DNA from: a virus
Lineage: Duplodnaviria > Caudoviricetes
DNA length: 26,548 nucleotides
IMG/VR virus record: IMGVR_UViG_3300036391_000027
Location: 1 to 26,548 of that record
Reading direction: 5' to 3' (one strand)
Part shown: piece by piece, positions 8,564-16,792 of the stretch
Layout of the letters: each line of letters opens with the position of its first letter
Position numbering within the stretch: the stretch's first letter is position 1
Made by a program: the position numbers and the translations under genes
The notes under the pieces: generated by a model
The model's input: only the letters and a program-made list of their open reading frames with translations
What the model was told of the DNA's origin: nothing
Database searches by the model: none

Positions 8564-9127
8564 ATGAAAATCACGATGCTGGCTCTTGCCGCCCTCGCCC
8601 TTCCCGCCCTCGCCGCCCCGGCCTTCGCGCGCGAGGAGCCGGCGCGGCCGGCGGCGTGTCGCGACCAGCCGGTGCCCGAGCCGTTCGTGGCCGAGACCTA
8701 CGCCATGGACGGCGACACGGTGAGCGTCGTTGGCAAGCCCTTCACCGTTCGTCTCTGGGGCATCCAGTCGAGCGAGTTGCGGATGGGCGACAAGCAGGAG
8801 TCGGTGTCGGGCATGAGCAACCGCGCCTATCTGGCCGACATTCTCGCCGACGCCGGCAACATGGCGCGCATCGAACCGACGAAATGGGATCGCTACTGCC
8901 GCATCGTCGCCCGCGTCATCGTGAAGCCCGCGCCCCTGGCCGAAAGCGAGGGCGAGGTCGACGCCGGCTATGTCCTCGTATCGCGAGGCCACGCCTACAC
9001 GTTCTGGCTCGAGGACCAGATCAAGGGAAAGCCCGAACTCAGCAAGGTCTACGCGTCTGCCGAGACGCGCGCGCGACGGGCAAAGGCCGGCATGTGGCCG
9101 CGCTGGCTGGGCGAGGTCGCGAAGTAG
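8564..9127 (+). CDS. Thermonuclease (SNase-like) with N-terminal signal peptide
   Basis: ATG at 8564 gives MKITMLALAALALPALAAPAFA (Sec signal with AFA cleavage site). SNase motifs DGDT, VRLWGIQSSE, DRYCRIVA, LVSRGHA and AETRARRAKAGMW. Confidence 0.85.
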   Translation: MKITMLALAALALPALAAPAFAREEPARPAACRDQPVPEPFVAETYAMDGDTVSVVGKPFTVRLWGIQSSELRMGDKQESVSGMSNRAYLADILADAGNMARIEPTKWDRYCRIVARVIVKPAPLAESEGEVDAGYVLVSRGHAYTFWLEDQIKGKPELSKVYASAETRARRAKAGMWPRWLGEVAK

Positions 9128-9135
9128 GCCTACGT

Positions 9136-10518
9136 TCATGCGTGCCCCGCGACGGCCATGTCGTACAGCGAAGCGCGGACCAGGTTGCGCGCCGTCCGGA
9201 TCGGCACGGCGTTGCCGATCTGCTTGGTGACCTCGGTCTTGTTGCCCGCGAAGTCATAGTTCCGATCGGCGTCGCTGAACGACGTGGCGCGAGCCAGCTC
9301 GGGCGGCTGCAGCATGCGATAGAGAATGTCGTCGCCATCATCAGGGCCAGCCAAAGCGAACTCACCGCCCTTGGACGTGGTGAGAGTCGGGAGTGGATGG
9401 CCGACAGATCGAGGGACGTTCCCTCCTTTGCTGTGCGTGATGGGAACGATCAGCCCAAAGCGCGCCTTGGCCGTCGCCGTCGGAAGAGGCAAGTCAACCG
9501 ACTGGGCGCTCTCTCCCGACCCGCTGCCATAGTACGGAGCAATGAGTGCATGGGCGCCGCCGGTCGGGATCGTCGCCATGGGGTCGCGGACCGGACGGCC
9601 CTCGCTTCCCTCGCCTTGAGCCAGAATGAACGGCTCCAAGTCGATCTCACGCACGACGCGGATCGATGGAACGGGAATGCCGAGCTGTTCGAGGTACCGG
9701 CGAAGCCGAAGCTGATACCGGGCCGGCCAGTTGAACTTGACGATACCCGCATAGATGCGCAGCAACGTCTTGTCGCTCAGCCGGCGCTTCCGGTCATAGA
9801 TGCTGGTGCCCGGCAGGCTCCAGTCGATGCACTCGCGCGCCGATCGCCAGCGCTGCAGCGGGCCCAGGAGATTATGGGCGGGCTCACGCGCATGCGTCGG
9901 GTGCGGCCACTGGATCCCGCCCTTCCCAAGCGACTTATGCCGGAGCTGGCCGAACCAGCGGACGCGTGTCGTGGCATCGCCATAGTCGGCGCAGTTCAGC
10001 TTTCGGAATGATCCTACATAGCCGAGGTTATGCAGCGTCGCCCACCACGACTCGAAATACGTCCCCTTCTTCGATTTGATGGGCTTCTGTGTCCGCGGAC
10101 AGACTGGCCCCCAGTCAAGGAACTCGACCACGTTCTCGAACAGCAGCCGATCGACCTTCAGCTGCGTCGTCCATGGGATGATGTGCCATGGATCCATGCG
10201 CTGCTGATCGGATGTCGGGCGCCCGCCCCGTGCCCGGCTGTGATGCGTGCAGGTCGGCGAGGCTGCCAGCAGATCAAGATGCCCGCCCGGCACGATTGCG
10301 GTCGGCCTGGCCGTCGACAGGTCGGCGCAGTGGTGTTGCGCCGACGGATGCATTCGCCTGTGCGACTCGATGGCGATCGACCAGTGATTGACGCACACCA
10401 GGTCCATCGTCCGGCCGAGGTCCTGTTCTATTGCCTGCTGTGCGCCGGTTGAGGTCCCGCCGGCACCGCAGAATAGGTCAGCTACCTTGATGGGGCGGGG
10501 TGACACCGGCATTCTCAC
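9136..10518 (-). CDS. DNA (cytosine-5)-methyltransferase, orphan phage type
   Basis: Motif I DLFCGAGG, catalytic SPTC, motif VI ENV, motif VIII TTRVRWF and motif X KQIGNAV. Confidence 0.93.
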   Translation of the reverse strand: MRMPVSPRPIKVADLFCGAGGTSTGAQQAIEQDLGRTMDLVCVNHWSIAIESHRRMHPSAQHHCADLSTARPTAIVPGGHLDLLAASPTCTHHSRARGGRPTSDQQRMDPWHIIPWTTQLKVDRLLFENVVEFLDWGPVCPRTQKPIKSKKGTYFESWWATLHNLGYVGSFRKLNCADYGDATTRVRWFGQLRHKSLGKGGIQWPHPTHAREPAHNLLGPLQRWRSARECIDWSLPGTSIYDRKRRLSDKTLLRIYAGIVKFNWPARYQLRLRRYLEQLGIPVPSIRVVREIDLEPFILAQGEGSEGRPVRDPMATIPTGGAHALIAPYYGSGSGESAQSVDLPLPTATAKARFGLIVPITHSKGGNVPRSVGHPLPTLTTSKGGEFALAGPDDGDDILYRMLQPPELARATSFSDADRNYDFAGNKTEVTKQIGNAVPIRTARNLVRASLYDMAVAGHA

Positions 10519-10832
10519 AGGCCGATGGCGTGAGGGGCGCCGAAGGCCCGGCTACGATCGATTGCCAGGCTCCACCGGTATAGATACTCGCGAGCAGCAG
10601 CGACTTCGATCGTCGCCCCCAAATGAATGCGGACCGCGAGGCGAAGGTGCGTATCCATACCGGGCACGCGCGGCGGTGGTCTGCCATTGCAATAGTCACT
10701 GAACAGGGTGAAGGCTTCGCGCGCCGCATTCTGATGGATCGGCCATGCCGCCCGAACGATCTCGATCAGGCTGAGTTCGCGCTTAGGTGGCGGGACAATG
10801 GGGGCAAGCTGCAAGGCCAATTGAGCGCTCAC
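10515..10832 (-). CDS. Hypothetical protein
   Basis: 105 aa. Overlaps the primase stop and the MTase start by 4 nt each (coupled operon). Confidence 0.65.
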   Translation of the reverse strand: MSAQLALQLAPIVPPPKRELSLIEIVRAAWPIHQNAAREAFTLFSDYCNGRPPPRVPGMDTHLRLAVRIHLGATIEVAAAREYLYRWSLAIDRSRAFGAPHAIGL

Positions 10833-11935
10833 GCCGCCACCCCATCACGAACGGCGTTCGCGCGGCGGGCCATGGCCTGCACCAGGTCGTTGTAATCGCC
10901 CTTGTCCTGATCGAGCGTCGGGATCTTGGCTTCGACGGTGCGGGTCGAGTTCGTGAACAGGGACGCGCCCTGCTTGGCGAAGATTTCGCCCCAGGCCGGC
11001 TTGCCGGGTTTGCTGCCTTTGTCGGCGGCGATGATGAAGTGGCTGGCCGCGAACGGCGGCTCCATCGACTTCATGCGCCCGCCGGTCACGTAGCAGACGC
11101 CGGGCCGTTTCCAGAGCTGCATGGCGCTGAGCGTCGTCTCGATTCCCTCGCCGCCCAGCATCTTGTCGGCCGCCTCGCCCAACCAGATGAAGCCCGGTCC
11201 GTAGCTGCCGATAACCAGCTTCACCTTGTCGACCGGCGCCTTGCCCCAGCACCCCTTGTCATCACGCGCGAGGAACGTGCGGTGCAGGGTGAGGATTTCG
11301 CTGCCCGCGCCCCGGATCGGCGCGACCATGGCGGGAAACTCCCGCTTCTCCAGCTCATGCCAGCACCGCGGCACGAAGCGGATATCGACGGGCCAGCCGT
11401 CATTCACCTTGGCATCGGCCAGGCCGTACTCGCTGGGCCGCACGATCGCCCGGCGCAGCAGGTACTGCGTCACGGGCGAGTCGGGCGTGAGCCGCTGAGC
11501 GCCGTCCCACAGGCTGATCGACCGGCGCAACCGCTCTGCATCTTCGGCCTGCGGCGCCGAGGGCTTCTCGGGCGCCGTCATCGGGGTCGAGGCGATATGG
11601 TCGATCGCGTGCCGGCTCTCGAGGAGCTGGACGGCCTCGGTGAAGCTCAGATCCTGCTTCAACATGACGAAGCGGATCACGTCGCCGTTCACGCCGCAGC
11701 CGTAGCAGTGGAAGAACTTCTTCTTCACGTTGACGGCGAACGAGGCGTCCTTCTCGCCGTGGAAGGGGCAGCAGGCATACTTGTTGCCCCCCTTGCCCAT
11801 GTTCTTGAGCGGCAGCACCGCGTGGATCACGTCCTCGATCGGCACACGCGCCTTCACCTCATCGGCGCGCATCCGCCAATGAAGCTGCGCTGCATCGCGC
11901 GAGAGGTGACGACGGGCGGGCGCCTGATCGTTCAT
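10829..11935 (-). CDS. DNA primase (zf-CHC2 zinc finger + Toprim)
   Basis: ATG at 11935 (ATGA overlap with the upstream gene). Zinc ribbon CPFHGEKDASF...FHCYGCG, middle domain FPAMVA...LHRTFL, and Toprim GEGIET, AADK, GDYND. Confidence 0.9.
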   Translation of the reverse strand: MNDQAPARRHLSRDAAQLHWRMRADEVKARVPIEDVIHAVLPLKNMGKGGNKYACCPFHGEKDASFAVNVKKKFFHCYGCGVNGDVIRFVMLKQDLSFTEAVQLLESRHAIDHIASTPMTAPEKPSAPQAEDAERLRRSISLWDGAQRLTPDSPVTQYLLRRAIVRPSEYGLADAKVNDGWPVDIRFVPRCWHELEKREFPAMVAPIRGAGSEILTLHRTFLARDDKGCWGKAPVDKVKLVIGSYGPGFIWLGEAADKMLGGEGIETTLSAMQLWKRPGVCYVTGGRMKSMEPPFAASHFIIAADKGSKPGKPAWGEIFAKQGASLFTNSTRTVEAKIPTLDQDKGDYNDLVQAMARRANAVRDGVAA

Positions 11936-12990
11936 GCCGGCGAGACCGCGCCGAGACGCTTCTCGGCGATGGCGATCAGCCCGGCTGCATCGACGTTCCT
12001 GCCATCGACGCACCAGGACAGGCCGGGCGCGCCGCCGTCGACCACCCAGCGATCGAACACGACGATATCCATGCGCTGCAGGGCGAGCTGGGCATCCCGG
12101 GCGCGGCTCGACACGACCGGCGGCTTGACCGTGGGGACGCGACCGGACGGACGGGCCAGGAGCTGCTGGCTGCGCGCCGGCACCATGTTGGCGGTCGAGG
12201 TCCAGTCCGTCGCCTTGCCGTCCGGAAACACGACGCGCCGGACGTTCGACGACCGGTGCTCGATCGCGAAGGCCTTCGCCTCGCCAAGATCGGCGATCAT
12301 GCGGCCGGCGGTGCGATGGGTGCAGCCAATGAGGCGGGCAAGGGTGGGATCGCCGGGGCACGGCATGTTGCCTTCGGCCGCCTCCCGCAGGAGCGCATGG
12401 CACTTCTGGCGGCGGCGGATCATCAGCGACGATTCCGTTATTTCCCACTTGCGCGCGGTGTCCCGCTTCGGCGCCGGCGGCGCCTTGGGGGCGGCGGCGT
12501 CGATCAGCCGGCAATGCGTCCAGCCCGTCCAACCCGACACACCCACGACCTTGATGCGGCGCGCATTGCCGTGGCTTTCGATGGCGATGCGCTTGTTCCC
12601 GTGCAGCCGGCGCAGCGCCATGACAATGAAGCCGGAGCTGGTGTCGAGGTTCGTCGCCAGGTCCTCGTTCGTCGGGCAGGGCTTGCCGTCGCTGTCCGCG
12701 ATCGCCTTGAGGAGCGCCTCGCCGGCCTGGCCGTTCAGCCGGTAGCGCTCCCCCTTGGGGTGCGAGGATCCTTTCTGGCTGTACCAGGCCGGCCGCGACC
12801 ATTTGGCGGTGCGGACCCGCGCGAAGATCGTGTTGGGGTGCAGGTTGAAGCGCAGCGCCAACACCGGCACCCGCATCGCGTTGCAGTCCCGCGAACCCGC
12901 GACCTCGGGGACGGTGCCTTCATAGAGGCCCTTGATTTCCCGCCACACGGCCGACGACACGGTCAGCGGATTGTTGTTGCCGTTCGCCAC
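11932..12990 (-). CDS. DNA-binding protein with duplicated winged-HTH modules
   Basis: Two similar modules, PCPTNEDLATNL...LRRLHGNKRIAIE...WT and PCPGDPTLARLI...IADLGEAKAFAIE...WT, plus an N-terminal HTH-like segment. Coupled to the primase. Confidence 0.65.
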   Translation of the reverse strand: MANGNNNPLTVSSAVWREIKGLYEGTVPEVAGSRDCNAMRVPVLALRFNLHPNTIFARVRTAKWSRPAWYSQKGSSHPKGERYRLNGQAGEALLKAIADSDGKPCPTNEDLATNLDTSSGFIVMALRRLHGNKRIAIESHGNARRIKVVGVSGWTGWTHCRLIDAAAPKAPPAPKRDTARKWEITESSLMIRRRQKCHALLREAAEGNMPCPGDPTLARLIGCTHRTAGRMIADLGEAKAFAIEHRSSNVRRVVFPDGKATDWTSTANMVPARSQQLLARPSGRVPTVKPPVVSSRARDAQLALQRMDIVVFDRWVVDGGAPGLSWCVDGRNVDAAGLIAIAEKRLGAVSPA

Positions 12991-12997
12991 GACGACC

Positions 12998-13579
12998 TCA
13001 GCTCGCGGGATCGCGCTGGAACAGCAGGCGGAACAGGTCGAGGAACTGGCGCTCGGCCTGTTCGGGAAGCTGGCAGGCGATGTTGATGCCCAGCGGCTCG
13101 CCCAGGACCGGCCATCCGGTGTTGCGCATCGCGGCCTCGCCGAACAGGCGGCGCGCTTCGTCGGCCAGGATCCGGTTGTCGACTTCCTTGACCTCTTCGG
13201 GGATTGCGCCGTTCCAGTCCTCGCCGATCAGCTCGGCGCGGAAGTAGATCGCGCGCTGTACCTCCAGCTCGATCGCGCCGTAACCCTCGAGCGACGGCTT
13301 CACCGGCCGGATGATATCGCCCACATAGGCTTCGGAGCCGTCGTGCAGCAGGAACCACCGTGCGAGGTCGGGGCGACCCATGCGGATGAAGTAGCCGGCG
13401 CCGCCGCTGCAATGCTCGGCCACCGAATAGAAGCGGCGCGAATGCCCCCCGTACCGGCAGATGTGGGCGAGCGCGTGCGCGATGTCGCGGAAGTCGACCT
13501 CGGCGGGCCGGGGATCGATCGGGTAGAAACGACGGCCCGAGAACGTCTGCATCCAGTCGCCGATTCGTGTGTCGGTCAT
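12998..13579 (-). CDS. HD-domain phosphohydrolase (YfdR/YfbR-like 5'-deoxynucleotidase family)
   Basis: ATG at 13579 after GGGGAGGG. Motifs DIAHALAHICRYGGH, YSVAEHC, LLHDGSEAYVGDI.RPVK and D.RILADE. Confidence 0.88.
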   Translation of the reverse strand: MTDTRIGDWMQTFSGRRFYPIDPRPAEVDFRDIAHALAHICRYGGHSRRFYSVAEHCSGGAGYFIRMGRPDLARWFLLHDGSEAYVGDIIRPVKPSLEGYGAIELEVQRAIYFRAELIGEDWNGAIPEEVKEVDNRILADEARRLFGEAAMRNTGWPVLGEPLGINIACQLPEQAERQFLDLFRLLFQRDPAS

Positions 13580-13634
13580 CTGACCCTCCCCCGCTTTGAA
13601 AATTCTTGCCGGCCGCCCGCTTCGTCGCCGTCGG

Positions 13635-14210
13635 TCAGGGCGGCGCGCGACGCAAAGCCCGGCCCGGCGGCGCGGTGCGCCACCACGGTTCGGCCGGGGC
13701 GTTGTCCATCTTTTCGGGATCGGCCTTGTAGCCGTAGCCGACAACCTCGCCCGTCGAGGCCATCAGGACCGGGCGCAGGAAGCCCCAGGGCTTGAAGTGA
13801 CTGCGGCCGGTGAAGAACAGCGACCAGTTCGTCCGCCCGCCATCGACCAGCACCCGATGGAAGGCGTACCCGGTCAGGAAGTAGGGCAGGAACGGCCGGC
13901 GGCGGATCACCCGCAGCAGCGGATGGGACAGGCGCCAGCCCTTCAGCCGTTCCTCGCGGTAGCCGCCCGCCAGCGGCAGGGCGACCGCCCAAGGCCACGG
14001 ATGGTCATGCGCGCCGCGATCGGGATCGGAGCGCAGATAGTGGTGCAGGTAGCAGGTCACCTCGCCGATCAGAGGCAGCGACACGGTGATGACGTGGCTG
14101 CGCTCGAACAGCGGGACCTGCGTGTCATCGGTCGCCGACACTTCGGCCTCGATGACGATCGTGGGCAGGCGCCCGGCCCACTCATGCAGCAGCCGGCGCA
14201 AGGCGCTCAT
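13635..14210 (-). CDS. Cupin-fold phage protein (HDHPW motif)
   Basis: ATG at 14210 in ATGA overlap with cII. YLHHYLRSDPDRGAHDHPW...GGYREE...FHRV...WSLFFTG...WGF gives a His-rich metal-binding cupin pattern. Confidence 0.75.
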   Translation of the reverse strand: MSALRRLLHEWAGRLPTIVIEAEVSATDDTQVPLFERSHVITVSLPLIGEVTCYLHHYLRSDPDRGAHDHPWPWAVALPLAGGYREERLKGWRLSHPLLRVIRRRPFLPYFLTGYAFHRVLVDGGRTNWSLFFTGRSHFKPWGFLRPVLMASTGEVVGYGYKADPEKMDNAPAEPWWRTAPPGRALRRAPP

Positions 14211-14674
14211 TGACCCTCTCCCTTGGCGATCTGGTCGAGCAGGACGTAGAGGCAGACCTGAATGCGGATCGACGCGCGCAGCAGGCGCAACGCCTCCGCA
14301 GCCTCGGTCCGATCCACCGCGCGATCGGACATGGCCTCGACCAGGTCGGCGACCGCCGCGCTGTGCTCGCGGACATTGTCGGCACAGAGCTTGTTCAGGT
14401 CGCACTCGGTCGGTTCGATCGGCAGGAACACGCCATGCGCCAGCAGGGCGAAGAACTCGGCGAGCGCGGGCGTGTCGCGCCCGGTCAGCATCGCGGCACG
14501 GGACAGCGGCAGCTCATCCTTCGCCGTCGCGTCGGTGTAGGCCGCAACCTGCGAATGACCGAGGCTCAGCTTCGACTCGACCCACTTGCGGCCGCCATGC
14601 TGTTCGAACAGCGTGTTGACCGCTTCTTTGACCGTGCCGGGGGTGCGCGGGCGATTGCCGCCGCGCCCACTCAT
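14207..14674 (-). CDS. cII: CII-like phage regulatory protein
   Basis: Downstream of cro. N-terminal HTH-like segment, LAHGVFLP, and a C-terminal helical AMSDRAVDRTEA motif typical of CP76/CII-type regulators. Confidence 0.6.
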   Translation of the reverse strand: MSGRGGNRPRTPGTVKEAVNTLFEQHGGRKWVESKLSLGHSQVAAYTDATAKDELPLSRAAMLTGRDTPALAEFFALLAHGVFLPIEPTECDLNKLCADNVREHSAAVADLVEAMSDRAVDRTEAAEALRLLRASIRIQVCLYVLLDQIAKGEGQ

Positions 14675-14946
14675 CGCCGGCCATCCTTGCGGACGGCCCG
14701 CACGGCGGAGCGGAAACACGAGATGCTTTTCCGCTCGAACTCGCGTCGCACCGGGGCCAGATCGGTGGCGATGGATGATGCAAGCTCAGATGGTCCGGTC
14801 GCAGGCGGCTTGGAAAACGTAACCGAGGTCGGTTTCACCTCTGCGGCCGATGATTTGCCCCGCGGGCGCAGCCGTTCGTCGGCCAAAGACTGGCCTCCAT
14901 GCCGAAAAGGTCCTTCGAAGATGAAGAAGGTCGAACGCCTGCTCAT
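14671..14946 (-). CDS. Possible hypothetical protein (91 aa)
   Basis: ATG at 14946 (MSRRSTFFIFEGPF...). Its TGA overlaps the cII ATG (ATGA). No recognisable domain. Confidence 0.35.
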   Translation of the reverse strand: MSRRSTFFIFEGPFRHGGQSLADERLRPRGKSSAAEVKPTSVTFSKPPATGPSELASSIATDLAPVRREFERKSISCFRSAVRAVRKDGRR

Positions 14947-15027
14947 GCTGCCGCCCGCGCGCCCGCTTGCCGAGCCGCATCGCCGTGCACGATGCTCGAC
15001 CCTCCGATTGAAAGATAAGGGCGAGCG

Positions 15028-15297
15028 ATGGAAAACACAGACAAAGGCGACGAAGAGCCGAACCCCGTCCTCGCGTCCTTTGGCCAGGGTACCGCAGCAT
15101 GGGCCCTTGCCACGGCGATGCTTGCGCATCTGGCCGAGCGGAAGATCATTTCTCGCGATGAGGGTGTCACCATCATCGACCGCGCCCTTTCCGGCCTGGA
15201 GTGGATCGCGGAAGCACCCGCTGGCCCCGGGCTTCACGAAGGTCGCCTGCTGTTGGAGCGGCTCCTCGTCGGCTGGAGAGGAACGCCGAAGGCCTAG
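15028..15297 (+). CDS. Hypothetical helical protein, antisense to the PR operon
   Basis: 89 aa with natural-looking composition (ALATAMLAHLAERKIISRDEGVTIIDRAL) and AAGGG upstream. Fills the cro-cII gap. Confidence 0.6.
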   Translation: MENTDKGDEEPNPVLASFGQGTAAWALATAMLAHLAERKIISRDEGVTIIDRALSGLEWIAEAPAGPGLHEGRLLLERLLVGWRGTPKA

Positions 15298-15360
15298 GTT
15301 TCCAGCCAGGCAGGAACATCGGCGGGACACGCAGCATGCGTGACGGGCTCATCCACCTGC

Positions 15361-15621
15361 TCACGCCACCACTCCCGCTGCGCTGGTGGCGGTTTGAGCG
15401 GCGGAAACGGCGTCGCCGGGCGCCCAGTCCAACGGGATCAGGATTTCGAGAGCGCGTACCGACCGGCCGGAGGGCGCCCAATCCTCGCGGTCCATGCCGC
15501 GGGTCACCGTGTCCGACAGGCCGGCCTCGCGGGCGAGTTGCGTCGGCGTCCAGCCCTTCGCCGCCGCAAAGGCGCGGATGCGGGCCAGGACGTTGTCAAA
15601 ATGGGCCGGGGCGGTGACCAT
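15361..15621 (-). CDS. cro: Cro-like HTH repressor
   Basis: ATG at 15621, 86 aa, HTH WTPTQLAREAGLSDTVTRGM. Divergent from cI across the operators. Confidence 0.85.
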   Translation of the reverse strand: MVTAPAHFDNVLARIRAFAAAKGWTPTQLAREAGLSDTVTRGMDREDWAPSGRSVRALEILIPLDWAPGDAVSAAQTATSAAGVVA

Positions 15622-15648
15622 GAGGGGTGGGGGCCTTTCGGAAGGCGG

Positions 15649-15711
15649 CGTTAATTTTAACGACCATAAAGCGCTACGAGCGTTAAAGTCAACGCTTCGT
15701 TTATTTCCACG
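15649..15711. promoter_or_regulatory. OR operator cluster and PR promoter
   Basis: CGTTAATTTTAACG (15649-15662), CGTTAAAGTCAACG (15681-15694) and degenerate CGTTTATTTCCACG (15698-15711). Minus-strand TTGACT(15692-15687)-N18-TATGGT(15668-15663) points at cro. Confidence 0.8.
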
Positions 15712-15730
15712 CTCGGCGCACCTTGAGAGC

Positions 15731-16375
15731 GTGAAAAAAGCCGCTCCTGCTTCCCAACCCGACGACGCAGAGGTCGAGCGCCTGCGCAAGGTGCTGCGCG
15801 ATTTCATATCGGAGCGAGGGCTCGTCCGGACGACGTGGTGCAAGGACTCAGGGGTAAGCGAGTCGACGCTGCGCTGGTTCCTGAGCGGGCGCACGCGATC
15901 GATGAACGACATCACCTATCGCAAGCTGGCGGCCAATCAGAACGTGTCGATTGCAGTGCTGCGGGGCGAGGGCGGGCCGAAACCCAAACCGAACGAGACC
16001 CCTATCCGGTCCTATGTCGGCGCGGGTGCCGAGGTCATTCCATTTGACGGTGACGACCCGATCGATTGGGTGCCCGCCCCGCCCGGCACTGAAGTCTCAG
16101 GTGGCGGCTTCGTCGTGCGGGGCGATTCGATGCTGCCGATGTTCCGGGATGGCGACATCCTGTTTCCCGAACCGCATCCCGTGCCGCCCGAGAGGCGCAT
16201 CGGCAGCATCGTCATCCTCGACCTCAAGGATGGACGAAGGCTGGTCAAGAAGCTGATCCGCGGCGGTCGACGTGATCGCTGGACGCTGATCAGCGTCAAC
16301 CCGGCCGAACCGCCGATCGAGAACCAGGACGTGCTGCGCTGCGTCGGTATCCCATGGGTGCAGCGGAAAGTGTGA
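15731..16375 (+). CDS. cI: CI-like repressor (HTH + S24 autopeptidase)
   Basis: GTG at 15731. HTH RTTWCKDSGVSESTLRWFLSG, Ala-Gly cleavage site YVGAG, catalytic Ser in VRGDSMLP and Lys in LVKKL. Confidence 0.92.
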   Translation: MKKAAPASQPDDAEVERLRKVLRDFISERGLVRTTWCKDSGVSESTLRWFLSGRTRSMNDITYRKLAANQNVSIAVLRGEGGPKPKPNETPIRSYVGAGAEVIPFDGDDPIDWVPAPPGTEVSGGGFVVRGDSMLPMFRDGDILFPEPHPVPPERRIGSIVILDLKDGRRLVKKLIRGGRRDRWTLISVNPAEPPIENQDVLRCVGIPWVQRKV

Positions 16376-16409
16376 TAGGCTCAGCCGGACCGAAAGAGGC
16401 GGAGGGATC

Positions 16410-16739
16410 ATGCGGTTAGCTCTCATTTTGGGTATGGCAATGTCTCTGGTCGGATCGGCCTCGGCGCTGGCCCAAGGCACCTCGACGTTCGCGCTCGCCA
16501 ATGAGCTGGGCTCGGTCTTGGGAGCGGAGAAGGGTTGCGGGCTGAAGTTCAATCAGGACGCCATAAAAGCCTTCATCGAAGCCAAAGTGAAAGCCGACGA
16601 TATGAAGTTCCCGTCGTTGCTTTCGACGATGAGCCAAGGCGCCGCTTGGCGTCTGGGCGAGATGTCGGAGTCCGAAAAGACTGCCTACTGTGCTCAAGTC
16701 GGGCGTGTCGCCCGCACATTCAAATTTGTCGGCAACTAA
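16410..16739 (+). CDS. Small secreted/periplasmic protein in the rex position
   Basis: GGAGGG RBS, signal peptide MRLALILGMAMSLVGSASALA and two Cys. Lies between cI and OL. Confidence 0.8.
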   Translation: MRLALILGMAMSLVGSASALAQGTSTFALANELGSVLGAEKGCGLKFNQDAIKAFIEAKVKADDMKFPSLLSTMSQGAAWRLGEMSESEKTAYCAQVGRVARTFKFVGN

Positions 16740-16792
16740 CTGATTCTCCAATGGATTGCATGAGCGGCAGCGCCTAGGCCTGTCGCCAACTG

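Noticed and set aside
8564-10518. Convergent nuclease + methyltransferase as a restriction-modification pair
   Set aside because: The nuclease is SNase-type with an export signal, not a restriction endonuclease. The MTase is of the orphan phage type.
10829-12802. 657-aa primase, 481-aa integrase and 476-aa clamp as listed in the ORF track
   Set aside because: Their N-terminal extensions overlap other genes. Internal ATGs in ATGA overlaps (11935, 25079, 21140) give family-typical starts.
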